DNA from: Macrostomum lignano
Taxonomy: Eukaryota
NCBI GenBank assembly: GCA_002269645.1
Contig: NIVC01003967.1
Location: forward strand, 1 to 64,000
Length of the DNA: 64,000 bases
Direction: 5' to 3'
The notes beneath the pieces were generated by a model. That model made no database searches and was not told where the DNA came from. It saw only the letters and a list, made by a program, of their open reading frames with translations. The position numbers and the translations under genes are program-made. Of this stretch, positions 47,301-60,796 are shown piece after piece (the stretch's first letter is position 1; each line of letters begins with the position of its first letter).

Positions 47301-49134
47301 AGGTACTAGGGGAGGCGCCAATCTGGGTGCTAGGAGAGGCGCCAATCCAGGTACTAGGAAAGGCGCCAATCTGGGTGCTAGGAGAGGCGCCAATCTGGGT
47401 GCTGGGAGAGGCGCCAATCCAGGTACTAGGGGAGGCGCCAATCTAGGTGCTAGGGGAGGCGCCAATCAGGCGCCAATCTGGGTGCTGGAAAAGGCGCCAA
47501 TCTGGGTGCTAGGTGAGGCGCCAATCTGGGTGCTGGGGAGGCGCCAATCCGGGTGCTAGGTGAGGCGCCAATCTGGGTGCTAGGTGAGGCGCTAATCTGG
47601 GTGCTAGGGGAGGCGCCAATCTGGGTGCTAGGAGAGGCGCCAATCCGGGTGCTAGGTGAGGCGCCAATCTGGGTGCTAGGTGAGGCGCTAATCTGGGTGC
47701 TAGGGGAGGCGCTAATCTGGGTGCTAGGAGAGGCGCCAATCCAGGTACTAGGGGAGGCGCCAATCTGGGTGCTAGGAGAGGCGCCAATCTGGGTGCTGGG
47801 AGAGGCGCCAATCCAGGTACTAGGGGAGGCGCCAATCTGTGTGCTAGGGGAGGCGCCAATCAGGCGCCAATCTGGGTGCTGGAAGAGGTGCCAATTTGGG
47901 TGCTGGGAGAGGCGCCAATCTGGGTGCTAGGGGAGGCGCCAATCTGGGTGCTGGGAGAGGCGCCAATCTGGGTGCTGGGAGAGGCGCCAGTCTGGGTGCT
48001 AGGGGAGGCGCCAGTCTGGGTGCTAGGGGAGGCGCCAGTCTGGGTGCTAGGGGAGGCGCCAATACCTCACAAAAAATCAACTCTCTCACAATCCAACAAT
48101 CCGGAAGATCTTCTCCCGGCATGAGCGACAGCTTCAGCCAAGTGGTACGAAATCGGCCCTCCTGCTCTTCAGGGGCAGTTGAAAGTCTGGTGGAAAATTC
48201 TGCGCAAATTTCTCGCCCATTGGCTGACACCGTAAGAAAGGCGCGCCCGTCTATTGAGGAAAATCTGTTGATTTTGGCAAGTTTATTCCATTATTTTTAA
48301 ATAAAAAATAATTTACATTTCTACCCATCCACTACTTTCTTTACTTATAGTAGTAAGTAAAGAAGAACTGCATTATTTTAAGTAATAAAGAAACCAAAAA
48401 AATTATGTCGTATCGTTTTGTATGTCAGCCAGACTGTCAGTCAGTCAGAAACCCACTCAAGTCAGTCAGTCAGTCAGCCACTCACTCAAGTCAGTCAGTC
48501 AGTCAGCCACTCACTCAAGACTGTCAGTCAGTCAGCCACCCACTCAATTAAGTCAGTCAGTCAGTCAGTCAGTCAGTCAGTCAGTCAGTCAGTCAGTCAG
48601 TCAGTCAGTCAGTCAGCAAAATGCTTACCTAGTTGACCTTCCTAGTTGCCAATCGCTTGGATCGGATGGCCAATAAAAGTGGCTGCTATCAAACAACTCA
48701 TCATCATAGTTGCTGGCCCATTCAACTCCGTGACGCATCAGTGACGGCAGCAGGCAGGGTTGCCAAGCAAACATGTTGCGGAGATGCAGCGCTTCGGCCA
48801 CTTTGCCGTGAAATCTACTAGTAGCAAATTCCGATTTCTGTTGAATTGTTCGGCTACCCGAGGTGTCTGAAAAACAATAAAGATGATATATGACTTCTGC
48901 AACTCTCAGGGATCTCACCGCAAAATTCAGCATCTTCGATATACAACTAAATTATAAATACATTACTAAAGTAATCGATAAAAAGCTTACCAAGCAGAGA
49001 AACTTCATGCGGCGGCAATTCAAACTGAAACACAGTGCCGCATGGTGACAATTGAAGTGTAGACTCATCACTGTACTCAACTAACACAGCATCATTTGAG
49101 TACACAACAAACAGCACTGGTATGGGCTCTGATT
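41343..49134 (-). CDS. C5orf34: Multi-exon C5orf34-like gene (exons ~49134-48991, 48866-48629, 48264-~48070, ~44010-43808, ~43640-43290, ~41867-41343)
   Basis: VVYSNDAVLVEYSDESTLQLSPCG, IQQKSEFATSRF..ALHLRN, SIDGRAFL, PHLH, VQPGDKSV, GVGRF..VFDD and ELEKI follow human C5orf34 motifs in order (recalled); GT-AG junction at 48629/48264 is phase-consistent; start exon not located. Confidence 0.72.
41885..43230. repeat. ~21-22-bp intronic minisatellite
   Basis: Unit CTTGAACACACGATGGGGATT(T)C(T)CC. Confidence 0.92.
44125..46270. repeat. 22-bp intronic minisatellite, ~97 copies
   Basis: Unit AATTCAGAGATACAGATTCACC. Confidence 0.95.
46540..48062. repeat. 24-bp GC-rich intronic minisatellite
   Basis: Unit GGCGCCAATCTGGGTGCTAGGGGA. 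Confidence 0.95.
48423..48616. repeat. (GTCA)n microsatellite
   Basis: Direct reading. Confidence 0.9.
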
Positions 49135-50151
49135 CTGGAACCTTAGAGGTGTCTTTTTCGCCGATTTTAATTAGTGATGATGCCTGAAATGATGAATTAT
49201 TGATTGTAGTATTTTATTGCTCTAAAATAGGGGTCTATTGGGTCATTTTGAAACTTTAAACTGACAAATGGCAATCCTGTTTACATAAAATTTGTATCTC
49301 TTCTTAAGTTATTTCGTTCATTTCCTTTCCTTTCTCTCCCCTTTTTGTATTTCCTCCTGTATCTCTCTTCTAGTCCCAACTTAAGCCACTTTTAACCTAT
49401 CAAGGGGCCTAATCATAATCAATTCAGTGGAGATACAAATAGGGAATACAAAATCCTAAGTTTGACTTTGAAAATCCCAGGATTCTTGGGAAAGTTTAAA
49501 AAAAATAAAAAAGTAAAGTTTATAATCTTTGTTGGTGCAATTTTGGTTTACAAAGCCATCTAATCTGATTTTAAAGGGCTTTAAAAATATAGTAGAACAG
49601 TAAATCAAAATTGCTAACAAGAAATTGATAGTGAGCTCTGAATTGGAGTGTGATATATGGGCTGGTGTAATAGACTTGTTTTTTATATACCAATATAAGC
49701 ACAAGAAAATCACACTTGATTGTGATTGTGATGTCACCTGCATAGGAGAATGATAGCTTACAGAGCTACAGCCTGAGGTATTGACACCAGGGTAAAAGGG
49801 GATCAGACATTCCCTCCCAGGGGCACCCGCCTTAGAAGGAGAATTGGTAGCTTTGGTTCTGGTCCAATAGCAAGGTCCCACTGTTCTAATCCCAACTATA
49901 GCCAAGGAGTTTTGAAGTTATGGACTGCTTAAAGTACATGTAGTTCTGCCACCAACCCTATGCTGGGCATCTAAAGGGTGTCCTAACAGTGCTGAGAACA
50001 AGGTCTTTTGCATAGGGGGCTTCTGATCTATGCAAGGTCAAGACCCCCTAATTTAGCTAGGTTTGAGATACAGGAAAAGTTCAAATGAACAATGATTTGA
50101 CTCTTATCTAGCAAGCTATAGCACTTTGATAGGAAACAATGGGGTATTGGC

Positions 50152-52081
50152 TAGTGTTCCGCTGTAAGGGAGGTCCATGGGCCATAGCCAGTGTTGGGCA
50201 AAGTTCTGGCACTTCTGGCACTTTTAGTACCGGAAGTTACTTTTTTTTAAAGGGGCACTTTTTTCCGGTTCTTTTTTTTTAGAATGCTGGACTTCGGTAA
50301 CGGAAGTTACTTTTTGATAAGTCCGGTCCTCCGGTACTTGAACATGAAATTTTTGGTGCCAAACAGTCAATTTAATGCTAAATATTTCCCAAAAGCACAA
50401 AACTTTCACCAAAATGCTTGCAGTACAGTTATAAAAGGTAAAAGATGATCATAGATCATGTGGTTTTTTATTTTTAAGTTAAAGGACGTTTTAAGCATCA
50501 TATACAATCAGAATGAAGTACGTGTAGTTAATGGCAACTACTAATGCGGAAACAAGATGCATTCAAAACAATAAACATCCTTGTTTAACAACTCCTTGCA
50601 AGTTTTCTAACAAGCAATAACTACATGTAGCAGTACATCAAGATGCTATTAACACTCGTGATTCGTGGAACATTTTTTGAAGGCCGATTTCCTCATTTCA
50701 ATGTTTGTGCAGGAAGACACAAGTAATGCATTCTAAGAAGCTGGTTTTGAGTTTTAACTCTTTTGAGGCTAATTTTAATTTTTTGATTGCAGCGCAAAGG
50801 CACTATTAATTCAAGCTATTTTAAAGTCTTGTGCATTGGTTCATCTATCAAATTCCAGCCATTTGTTGTTCAACATCTTCTTTGTTAATTGTTAACTGGC
50901 ATTTCTAAGGCTGCTAGAATATTATTTTTGACTATAAATGATCCAGCAGTACAAAAGTACTTACACTACTGTAAAAGTATGCTGCCATAAAACTACAGCA
51001 TAATCTATAGTAGGGCGACGAGAATGGCCCACACAAACTAAAAGTCGCCTTAAGTATTCTACACTGATCATTGTGACACATCTATTGGACAAAAATTACT
51101 TCTCAAGAGTCAGAATCAACATTTGAAAATTGGCCTCCAATTTTTTTCTACGAATCGCGAGTGATTCATCCTGATGTACTCCTAATCTTTTTTGTAAAGG
51201 TATTGTATATTCACTCAAATTTTGGATGCGATAATAACAAAAAACATTATGTAGCATCTTTATTTGAGGAATAACATCGTGTTTAACTCAAGACCAACAC
51301 ATTTTTTTTTTGTTTTTCTCACAAAGACATGTTTAAGTACTTTTTAATTGGCGGTTATTTAAAATTAGAAAGGACCGGTAACGGAAGTACCGGAAGTTAC
51401 TTTTTTTAAAAAGTACCGGTACCAGAACAAGTGTCAGAAGTTACTTTCCTTGGAACTGGAAGTTACTTAACCGGAAATTACTTTTTCAGAGTAACTTGCC
51501 CAACACTGGCCATAGCCATAGCCATAAGCAAAAATATAGCTTATTTTAATTCTTTATATTCTGTAATTGTAGCCATAGCCATAGTTTTAACAAAAAGTCT
51601 AGGAAACAAAATATTTTTAATCAAGAAGATAACCTGGTGTTTAAACAACTGCAAATTAAGTTAGAAAATAAAACAAATACTTGATTGCCTTTGTAAGATT
51701 ATATTTCATCTTTTTTACAAAGAGTAACAATACTTAATCACAACTGAAAGTACTAATGCTGAACTTTTTCACATTGATAAAAGTTAGAGTTTGCTAGTGT
51801 TTTATTGTACTTTATTAGTATAACCTATAAGTTTTTAAGTCTATAATATAGTTTACCAAATTATCTTTGTTTTAGAGCCTACTTTACCTGTTTCTAATAT
51901 TTTTTTTAAATTAATAACTATGGCTATAGGAATCTATGGAATGTGATAACTATGTGATAACTATATTTCCATAGTTGTAAGAGCAGCTATCTACAATATA
52001 GGCATATCTATAGTTGCCATAGGCACTTGTTTTACCATATTTGCTATAAGATCCTGCAGCCATAGCTATGGCAGAATACTA
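50152..52081. mobile_element. Outer non-autonomous hAT-type element
   Basis: TIRs TAGTGTTCCGC / GCAGAATACTA; 8-bp TSD GTATTGGC at 50144-50151 and 52082-52089. Confidence 0.75.
50189..51508. mobile_element. Inner non-autonomous hAT-type element (1320 bp)
   Basis: TIRs CAGTGTTGGGCAA / TTGCCCAACACTG; 8-bp TSD GCCATAGC; subterminal CGGAAGTTAC repeats. Confidence 0.88.
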
Positions 52082-52489
52082 GTATTGGCCTCTATTGCTT
52101 TAAGCTCTGTGTATAGAATAAAGAACACAATAAGTTTCAGAATTATTATTACATTAGTCTATGAGTACCATATATATATATATAATTAAACATACATTAT
52201 TACACTTAATCTCCTTATAATCTGCCAACAGCTTTAGTTTTGTATCCCTGCATCCTTGGTCTTTTTACTAGCCTATATGCTAAAAAGATAAATAAATCAA
52301 AGCAGGACAACTAGGTTATAATTTTACCTAACAAATAGCTCAGCTGCAGATATTTGGTTGTTGAGAAAGTTCTTGGGGTTTCTAGAAAATTTGATCCCAA
52401 AACTTTATGGAACATTCTAAAAGCTCACTATGTCGGTATATAGTGAGGGTGGGTATGTGCAATCTTGACAGACTACTTTTCATGATTGC

Positions 52490-53700
52490 TGCTATCAAAG
52501 CCAGACCAACTACATGGATCTTTCTTGACCTTATATTTGTGGTACATTACTCTATAACTTCAAATTTGGTATCAAAGCAGCAAAATCAAGCCCCTATACT
52601 AACAGTGCATTTGGTGCTAGTACTGTGTCCGAATGCATTGTGCAAGATTGGTTTGCTCACTTTCACCAAGGAGATTTTAGCCTCAAAGACTTGCCCTGAT
52701 CAGGGCATCCTTCTAAGGTAGATGATGACCACCTATGCACACTCATTGAGGCTGACCCCCGACAAACCATGCATGAGTTGGCGCAAGTCCTTGGGGTAAA
52801 CCATCAAACAATTGCTACTAACTTGCATCAACTGGGCAAAGTGCACAAGTTGACTCAATGGGTACCCCATGAATTGTCCAACCAAGACTGCAAATGCAGG
52901 GCAGATGCAGCCATTACTCTTCTCTCCTATAGGCATATGCACAATTGGCTGAAGTCAATTGTTACTGGCAATGAAAAATGGTGCTTATACGTGAACATCA
53001 AGCATTGACAATTATGGGTAGATGCTGACGCAACCCCTGAGCCACAGTCTAAAGCCAGACTCCATCCCCACCTAGTGACTACTATCTTTTCTTGGCCCTG
53101 ACCAAAGCCTTGACAAGCAAAAAAATTGCTGATAAGGAAGCTCTGGATAATTAGCAGGGCTTCCTTATCAGGATTTTGCCTCAAAATCTGAGAAATTCTA
53201 TGCTGATGGCTAGAGGTTGGACGGGATTGAAATCTACAGGCAGGATCAGGATCAGGAATAATTTTTTTCTCGGGATCGGGATCGGGATCGGGATTTGGAT
53301 TTGGGAATCAGGATCAGGTCCTTTAATGTATTATAGCTTGTAGGTCCATATAAAGTTAAACAAAATTGAGCTAAAAATGTCAAGATAAAAAAGTAGAATA
53401 CAACAAAATTGATGCAAAGTTTTGTAACCAACAAATTAATAATGTAATGAGTATAAGGTAAAACAAAATACATTCAAGTAATCACTAATTCTATAAATTT
53501 TTAATCAAAAGACCTGTTCCCGTTTTTTTATGGTTGGGATTCTAGTCTTGGGGGAATCCAATTTTCCTTGGGATCCCAAGATTTCAGGATCGGGATCCTG
53601 TCCGACCTCTACTGATGGTATTGCCATTATGTCTGCCTGAAAAATGCCAGAATGGCAGGTGATTGATTCAGATAGGAATTACTTTGTCTTAAAGTCTTTC
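52490..53700 (+). pseudogene. Decayed mariner transposase with internal deletion, interrupted by a MITE
   Basis: WF..F..GDFSL; WVPHEL; IVTGNEKW (DEKW decayed); stops; C-terminal FYADG/..YF split by the MITE. Confidence 0.8.
53211..53611. mobile_element. hAT-type MITE (401 bp)
   Basis: TIRs TAGAGGTTGGACGGGA / TCCTGTCCGACCTCTA; TSD CTGATGGC/CTGATGGT; GGATC subterminal repeats. Confidence 0.8.
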
Positions 53701-55449
53701 CATATTTAAAAAAACTTAGTTTAGAAGAAGGTTCTAGAAACTGCAAGAGCTTTCTCAATAACCAAATACTATTACTTGAGAATGAATGATTAAATTATTG
53801 CAAACTGGGTTAATTGAAATCTTAGGATTCAGAATCCTAGGATTTGGGTCTAATCTTGGGATTATAAGATCCTAGGATCTAGATCCTGTAGTGACTGGAT
53901 CCTGTATTTAGATCCTGTATCCTAGATCCTGTTTCATGCGCTCACCGCATGAAACTCACGTGACTTTTGGGGTTCCGCTCGGCTATAAATATGGAGCATC
54001 TGCGAGCCATTTTTCTCCAGACTGCAACGTCTCATGGAGTAACACGGAGCCAAACTGCATCGTCTCGCGGAGCATCGTGGCTGACTCGTGAAGCCTCCTC
54101 TGAGCTCTCCTCTCTCATTTCAGGTTTTACAGGTTTTCAGGTTTGAGCAGCATTCTACTAAGACAATCAACTGTTGAGACATTTTTCAGATTTGCCTTTG
54201 CTCCGAGCGACTTTGTTATTTTCTTTCAGGTGACGGATAGACAACTCTGCCAATGCGTCGAGTCCACACACCAAGGTGGCAGCAACCCTACCAAGTCACG
54301 GCTAACGTTTTAGGTTCATTTTTAGGCAACTTGATAGGTAGTACAATGGTGCTATCTAGCTTCTTCAGGAGCAGCAGGTTCTATTTCTAGGAACATCTTT
54401 AAGAACCCGAGAAGGAGAAGTACTTCAATCCCAAGGTTATATAATATATCCTATTACCAAACCAAGGCAAATTTTAAAATTTATTTTAATAGGCCTTATG
54501 CCAACTTTAAATAAAAATGCAAAAGAGATAGCAAAAGAACCTTAGGCCTAAGGTAGGATAAGAAACTTTGGCCTATAAAGAAGATACAATTAAAAATAAA
54601 GAGACAACCAAAAAAGTAGGCCTAGAAAAAAAGGAAGTTTAAACTAGACAAATAGATGAAAAAAGATGCAATTCAAGCTAGGCCCTATTGTATCCAAGCT
54701 AAAATTAATAAAACTAAGTTATATAGAGCCTGTATAAATTACTAATGAGACATGTCTGATTTGCTGATTATTATTAATAATATAAAGTTCTATATTAATT
54801 ATATATTATGATTTATGGGCCTAAGTAATTAGGCCTAAGTTATATTTTCGTTGTATTGACACCATGTTCCATTCATTAAATTTAATTGTACATGTTTAAT
54901 TAATTAAAGTTAAACACATTTTGTAGATCACTTTGGCAGTTGATACAATTTTATAATTGCTAGTGCCTACCTAGGCCTACAAAAATATTACATTTAGCAA
55001 GTAGGCTAATCCACTAGTAAAGACTACAGGCAGAGTTAGAAGGAATCATTTCTGTAGCTTTAGAAAGTCAGAAAAGTGATAATTTAAAGTTTAAACATGC
55101 TAGATCCAAAAAAGCATTGCATTGATGATTCCCTGAATCATCGGTGGTCGTAATCACGCAGAACAAAGTTAAATTACAATCATCAGATTTCTTAGAATAC
55201 GTTAAGAGCCGTTAGGCGGAATAGTGACATCCATGCTTCATGCTTCGTGCTTAAAAGTTGCTAACACGTAGATATCGCTGACTAACAGTGCGCTTCTCAC
55301 TAATTTTTAACTCCGTTTAATAATTCCGCTTAAACTATTTTGGATATGCTCAAAAACCTTGTATTAGTTATGACTGTTTACTACATATTTAAAATTGGCA
55401 ACATATTAAATGCGTGCAAGTAAATAAGGATTTATTAGCAAGTATACTT

Positions 55450-55760
55450 TTACACTACACCGACTCTAAACTCAGCAAATAAATCAAATAACTGAAAAAT
55501 AAATTCAAAGCGTGGACGCTGGAACATGCAGGGCGTACATGACATAACCCATCTGTCATAGACAGAAATATATGCATGCGCATGCGCAGCGTCCAGCTGC
55601 TTCTCCAAGGTCTCGGCGTTGTACAAGACAGTGTCAGCGACTGCCTGAAACAGCCAAGCCTTGAGCCCGTCATCCAGGGTCTCAGAATGTAGCACGGAGC
55701 GCACAGAACGAAACACGACCCAGGCCACCAGATCGTCGGCAACGTCCGGCACGAGGCCGC
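55450..55760 (-). pseudogene. Remnant of non-LTR (RTE-like) reverse transcriptase C-terminus
   Basis: LKAWLFQAVADTVLYNAET..LEKQLD resembles the LLYGxETW region. Confidence 0.4.
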
Positions 55761-57479
55761 TGAGGTGCAGGAACCGCTGGCAACGGGTAAGCATGATTGC
55801 CGATCCCCGGCAGCGTCTCGGTAGTTGATCTCGGCAGGCAGGTAAGAACAAATGTACGACATTTGTTCAAACAAATGAAATGAACACGAACAAACAAATG
55901 AACAAGAACAAATGAAACTCGTATAATGTTCTGATGGGTTTCGACCTTTCAGGCCCCTTGTGAGGAAGCCTTCGGGCCTCAGGTCTCAGAAATAAATCAA
56001 TTAGAGTCCTGGCCCCCCACTCCTGTCAGATGGTCAGCCCCATGGTAGCTTGATCGTGTGGCGAGCAGTCTAGGTCCTATAGCTAAGAGAGGGACAGCGA
56101 GAGACAAGCAGGGAGAATTTTGAAGGTAGAAATTAGCTAACCCGCAGACTAAGCTAACTCGCTGCCACCAGCCCGTGCGTCCTGGCTCACCACACCGGGA
56201 CTCTCGAAATCGGGCTTCCGACTAGAAGGGGCTTTGCACTTACCTGCCAACTAGTGTCTTTTTGCTGTCAATCTCGAAGTCATAGCCGATGATAAGGGAC
56301 ACTGCTGGGACTAGATCGCATTGGCCATGCAGGTACAGAGGGGACTTGTGCAGGGGATTCTTGCAGTTGGCGAGACTATGAGGTAGCTACATGTACTATT
56401 ACATTGCTAAATACGAAGATATGTACTTTTGGCCTTCAACGCGCCAACTAGCCTCTCATAGCGCTGATGATAAACTAACTCGAACTTCAGAGACCGCATG
56501 ATTCATTACCCGAGCCGCTTGGCTAACCTAGAGTGCACAAAGTACATCTCTGGCGCCGATTCTGCACTTCTGGCGGTTTTGCTCACTGATTTGATAGATT
56601 GATCGACTGAGAACCGCCTTGCCATTGGTCCACTGTGACCGGCGCCTACTAGCTTAGCTACTCATCTGAGCCATCGGCGAACAAAGAACTAAAACCGATA
56701 AAAACAACTGTTAGATTTAACCTTCTCCTTAGATCACTTCACACTTCAGATCGAATTGGAGTTTCAGACTACTAGCCGTATTATTAAGTGATTTCTGCCT
56801 CAGCAACAGCACTACTGAACAAAATGAGCAAAAGTGTGCGCCTAATTCAGCTACTGAAACAGGGGACAGATAGGGGATCACCCAATCAAGCAAGTCTAGG
56901 TAGCCTCTCACCCAACCAATCAGAAACTCAACAGCCGGAGACCAGGTAATCCACAGTGACCGAATCGGCTTGATGCTTCGCAGCTGTAGACTCGGGATGA
57001 TGCTGACACAATCTTCGCTGATAGCTAGCAGGTGATGATCTTCGCTTGATGTTCGCTGCTGACGACCGGGGGTTTCGTCCTTGATGATGATGGGGGGGGG
57101 GAAGTCGCAATCCGAGGATCAAGAAACGACGGTCGCGCTACGGGAACCAGAAGTTGCGTGCTGGGCCCGAGCAAGTTGGAGTCCGAGCGGGCCAAAAACT
57201 CCAGTTTAAATAGCCGCCAACTGGACCGCAGTTTGTTATAATGGAACACGTCGATTCTGATTGGCTGAGCCGTTTTGTTAAAATGAGCGCCGAATTTTCT
57301 GATTGGCTAAGCTTGTTGCTACCCAGAATCACGTGACCGAGAGATCCTGTCAGTTCCCACAGGGTCGTAAAAAGATGACAGGTGCGGCCATAAATCACTC
57401 AAAATCGCAACAAAATGATTTATGACTTTTCGCGTAGGATTGACAGAAATTAATGAAAAAATATACATTGATAATGATA

Positions 57480-58798
57480 CGAGGGGTGATCAAAAAGTTC
57501 TGCAAGTGACCTCACAACTCTGTGCTACAGCAGCCGAGGCGTCTAATCAGTGTCACATTCCCTAAAAGTACTTTCCACCACTATCTATGCACCGTCGCAT
57601 CCGTGTGCACCATGTCTGAAAGCAGTCCTGGTACTCCGAAGTTGGTATGCCCTGTAGAGCTGAATGTACCGCTTGGGCAAGGTCTTGCATGCGTGAAAAC
57701 GGCCTCCCAGAAATGACGGATTTGATCCTCGGGAACAGCCAAAAGTCGCAAGGTGCTAGGTCTAGAGAGTAGGGTGGATGGGGCAGCAGCCGGACCCCCT
57801 GCTGCTCCAGGTACGCCATGGTTGATGCCGCTCTGTGCGGTGCCGCATTGTCATGGTGCAGCAGGAGTCGAGGTCCATGCCTGGTTCGCGCACGTTCCTG
57901 CCGCTCCTGCAGCACGCCTGGCAGAACAGTGTCTGTGTAGTACCTGGCAGTCACTGTGGCACCCGCTGGAAGGATGTTCACCGATACAACACCCTGAGAG
58001 TTGAAAAAAATGGTGAACATCCGCTTCCGACTGCGGAATCCGGTCTTCAGCACCTCAGGCCTTGGCTCATCTTCTGCCAGCCAGACCATGTTGGACTGCT
58101 TATCCTTCATGGTAAAAGAAGGAGATCCAACATTCGTCTCCTGTGATGACATCCGACAGTCGTCGTGGGCCGTGGGGCTCAAAAATTTGCAGCCACAAGC
58201 GACAGATGCGCACCCTCTCTGCTTGCTGCTCCGGAGTGAGAAGATGGGGTACCCACCGAGCGCAGGTCTTTGTGCGGCCTAGTTGCTCATGCATGATGTT
58301 ATGAGCACTTCCACAGCTGACACCAAGCTCATAGGCAATGAATCTTAGCATAATGCTTCAATCCTCACGAATTATTGCATCGGCATGGGCCACGACATCT
58401 TCGGTCACGGATGTCCGGGGTCAGCCAGACCTCGGTTCATCGTTGAAGCTGTCCCAGCCTTCCAAGAAATGGCGCAGCCAGCGGGCAACCATGTCAAATG
58501 ATGGAGCAGAGTCAGCTAAAACATTCACCAGATCGGTGTGAATCTCAGTCACTTTGCAACCAAGTTGCATGCACATAAAGATATAGAAGCGAACACTGTC
58601 TTTTGTTGTTTCCATCAGCTACTGAAAACACATGGAAAATATATGGCTGTGAAATTTTACTGGAGCACATTTGGAAGCCAAAAATGCATATAAATATAGC
58701 AAACAGATACAGCTGCATATGTGTAAGTTTTTGTCTTTTCCCGATTCTATAACTAAAAGCTATAACAAAAGGTTGCAGAACTTTTTGATCACCCCTCG
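57480..58798 (-). mobile_element. Full-length mariner (DD34D), transposase inactivated
   Basis: Perfect 26-bp TIRs CGAGGGGTGATCAAAAAGTTCTGCAA; TA TSD; WVPHLL, TGDECW, HHDNAAPH, YSLDLAPCD; stop and frameshifts. Confidence 0.95.
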
Positions 58799-60796
58799 TA
58801 ATGAAGAGAAATTGCTAATCGCTAATCCCGAAGTACTTTTAGGGGTAAAACGCATAGCTGTCAAAGCTGTCACACGCTTGAGTGAACACGAACAATAGGC
58901 TCTGACCTCATAAATCTTGATGGCCTGTCAAAATGATGAGAAAAAAGCTACCGCCCGCATCCTCTCAGACCATCTGGCGCCCGTCTCAACACTGAGTGAG
59001 GCGCAGGTGGCTGTCAGACCAGCTTCGAAAGCGATGATTTATGACCCAAAAAGCTGCGCCTATGTTATTATGACTACTAGTATGACCCGACATTATATCT
59101 AGTATAGATTCTATGACTATTCGCAGAAAAGGGATAAAAATGCCCATTGCCCACTGTTACGAGTAGTAGGCTAGTAAGTTTAGAGCCCATGTGCTAGCGC
59201 GGGGTTTGGAAAAAAGTGCGTCCTCATCAGTTCAATATATGCGGATGACTTACAATGTACTATACATGTATGTACTAATAATTGTATACTGAGGCCTGAT
59301 CTACGATATATCAGTTTCCAAAAAAATTCTTCGATACACGTGCAGAGAAGTATCGATCGTCAACGAAAGCTTTTCAGGATCAAATTAGGTGACACTCATA
59401 TCCGTGAAAAAATTGGCAGTTCTGTCAGATATGGAAATAGGAAATTGAGTTCGTTGCTGCTGTTCGATTCGGGACGATTCCCCTATACAAAGGCTTAAAT
59501 TGTTCTAGCATGCCTGAAAGACGTAGAGGAAAAGACGTGTGGAACGGAACAATTGAGCGCTACAAATAAGTTCCATATCCAAGAACTTGCAGCAGCTGGT
59601 AAACTTGTCGTCTTGATGATCGATCCTCCTCAGTGGGCAAATAGTGTGTGTAGGATGATGTGTACTTACTGTATTTGACTGTTAGCTAAATACGCTATGT
59701 ATGCACTCGTTGCTGCTGGCGTTAGTAGCTATTCTTTCTATATGTCACGAAAAATTGGATTTTAGTTTGCTTTCATTTTGGAAACGGAGAATGATCGTTA
59801 ACAGTAGAAGCTTAATCGCCTTGACCCTGACTAGATTTTGCTGCGCTTGAACGGAGCAACACAGGCACAAGAAGTTAAGCAAGAATGTGACAAACATCAA
59901 GTCGAAAGCCCCCCAGACCGTCGGGTTGTTCAGCGATTCTGCCAGATTTTTTCTGTACATGTGAGTGGTTAGTGCGTTCAGTACACCCCACTTGTATAAT
60001 CTGCAGCATTTCACATGAGTCTCGATCTATCCTTCACTTAGGCAGAGTCTTTGGACCTTCAAAGGTGGCACCAGATGACTTTATGAACACCCTGTTATTG
60101 CGACTGTTGGAATTTTCTGATTTAAGCTAAACTGCTGGACATCTTCAACAGTTTAACTCAAGCAATAGGTGATCATCCTGGCGCCGTCGGAACCTTGTGC
60201 AGGTGGCACTAGGTGACTACATGTATGGACTCTAGAACTGTGTATAACAAAGATCGAAAAAATGATTAAGATTGCGAAAAAAGGAATTTGCAATGAAAAA
60301 ATGAACAACTTTTATGGTCAGACGCCATATAGAAACCAGTCTTAGCTATATCAACTCAAATTGGTAATTTTGTATTTGCCAAATCATCGATTTTAAAACT
60401 GGGTGCTAAAGGTAAAACAAGTTGAAATTCAGCTGGCTTCTTCACGTCTTTGCGATGCGAACATGAAGAAAGATAACTATAGATCGAAGTTGAAATTATT
60501 AAAGTTTGATTATCAGAAACTGAAACAGAATTTAGGAATAGAAACAAAATAGATTGGTAAATTAATCAAAAAGGGTTTTTTACATGCATATGTAATTTCT
60601 AAGCAATATTTTAAACTTATTGTGATAAAATGAACAACGTAAAATAATTTAAGCTACTTTGAAAACGCTACAGAAGTTTTTAATCCGGAGCTAAAAAAGC
60701 AATCATAGCTCGTACTTACAATTTTTGTTCAACTTGACAACATTTGGAAGATCGAAACACGGCAGCAGTCGCTCAAACCTAATCGAATTCATTCTT

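Noticed and set aside
39768-48300. Repetitive ORFs (DEIQLID, NPHRVFK, FTNSEIQ, APRLAP) and similar ones at 6748-7332
   Set aside because: By-products of minisatellites, open in several frames, and most lie in introns
55928-55975. Penelope-type hammerhead ribozyme on the minus strand
   Set aside because: Stem II and GAAAC are present but the core reads CTCACAA rather than CTGANGA; at most a dead relic
56600-57350. CCAAT-rich promoter-like region
   Set aside because: No associated gene or element could be identified
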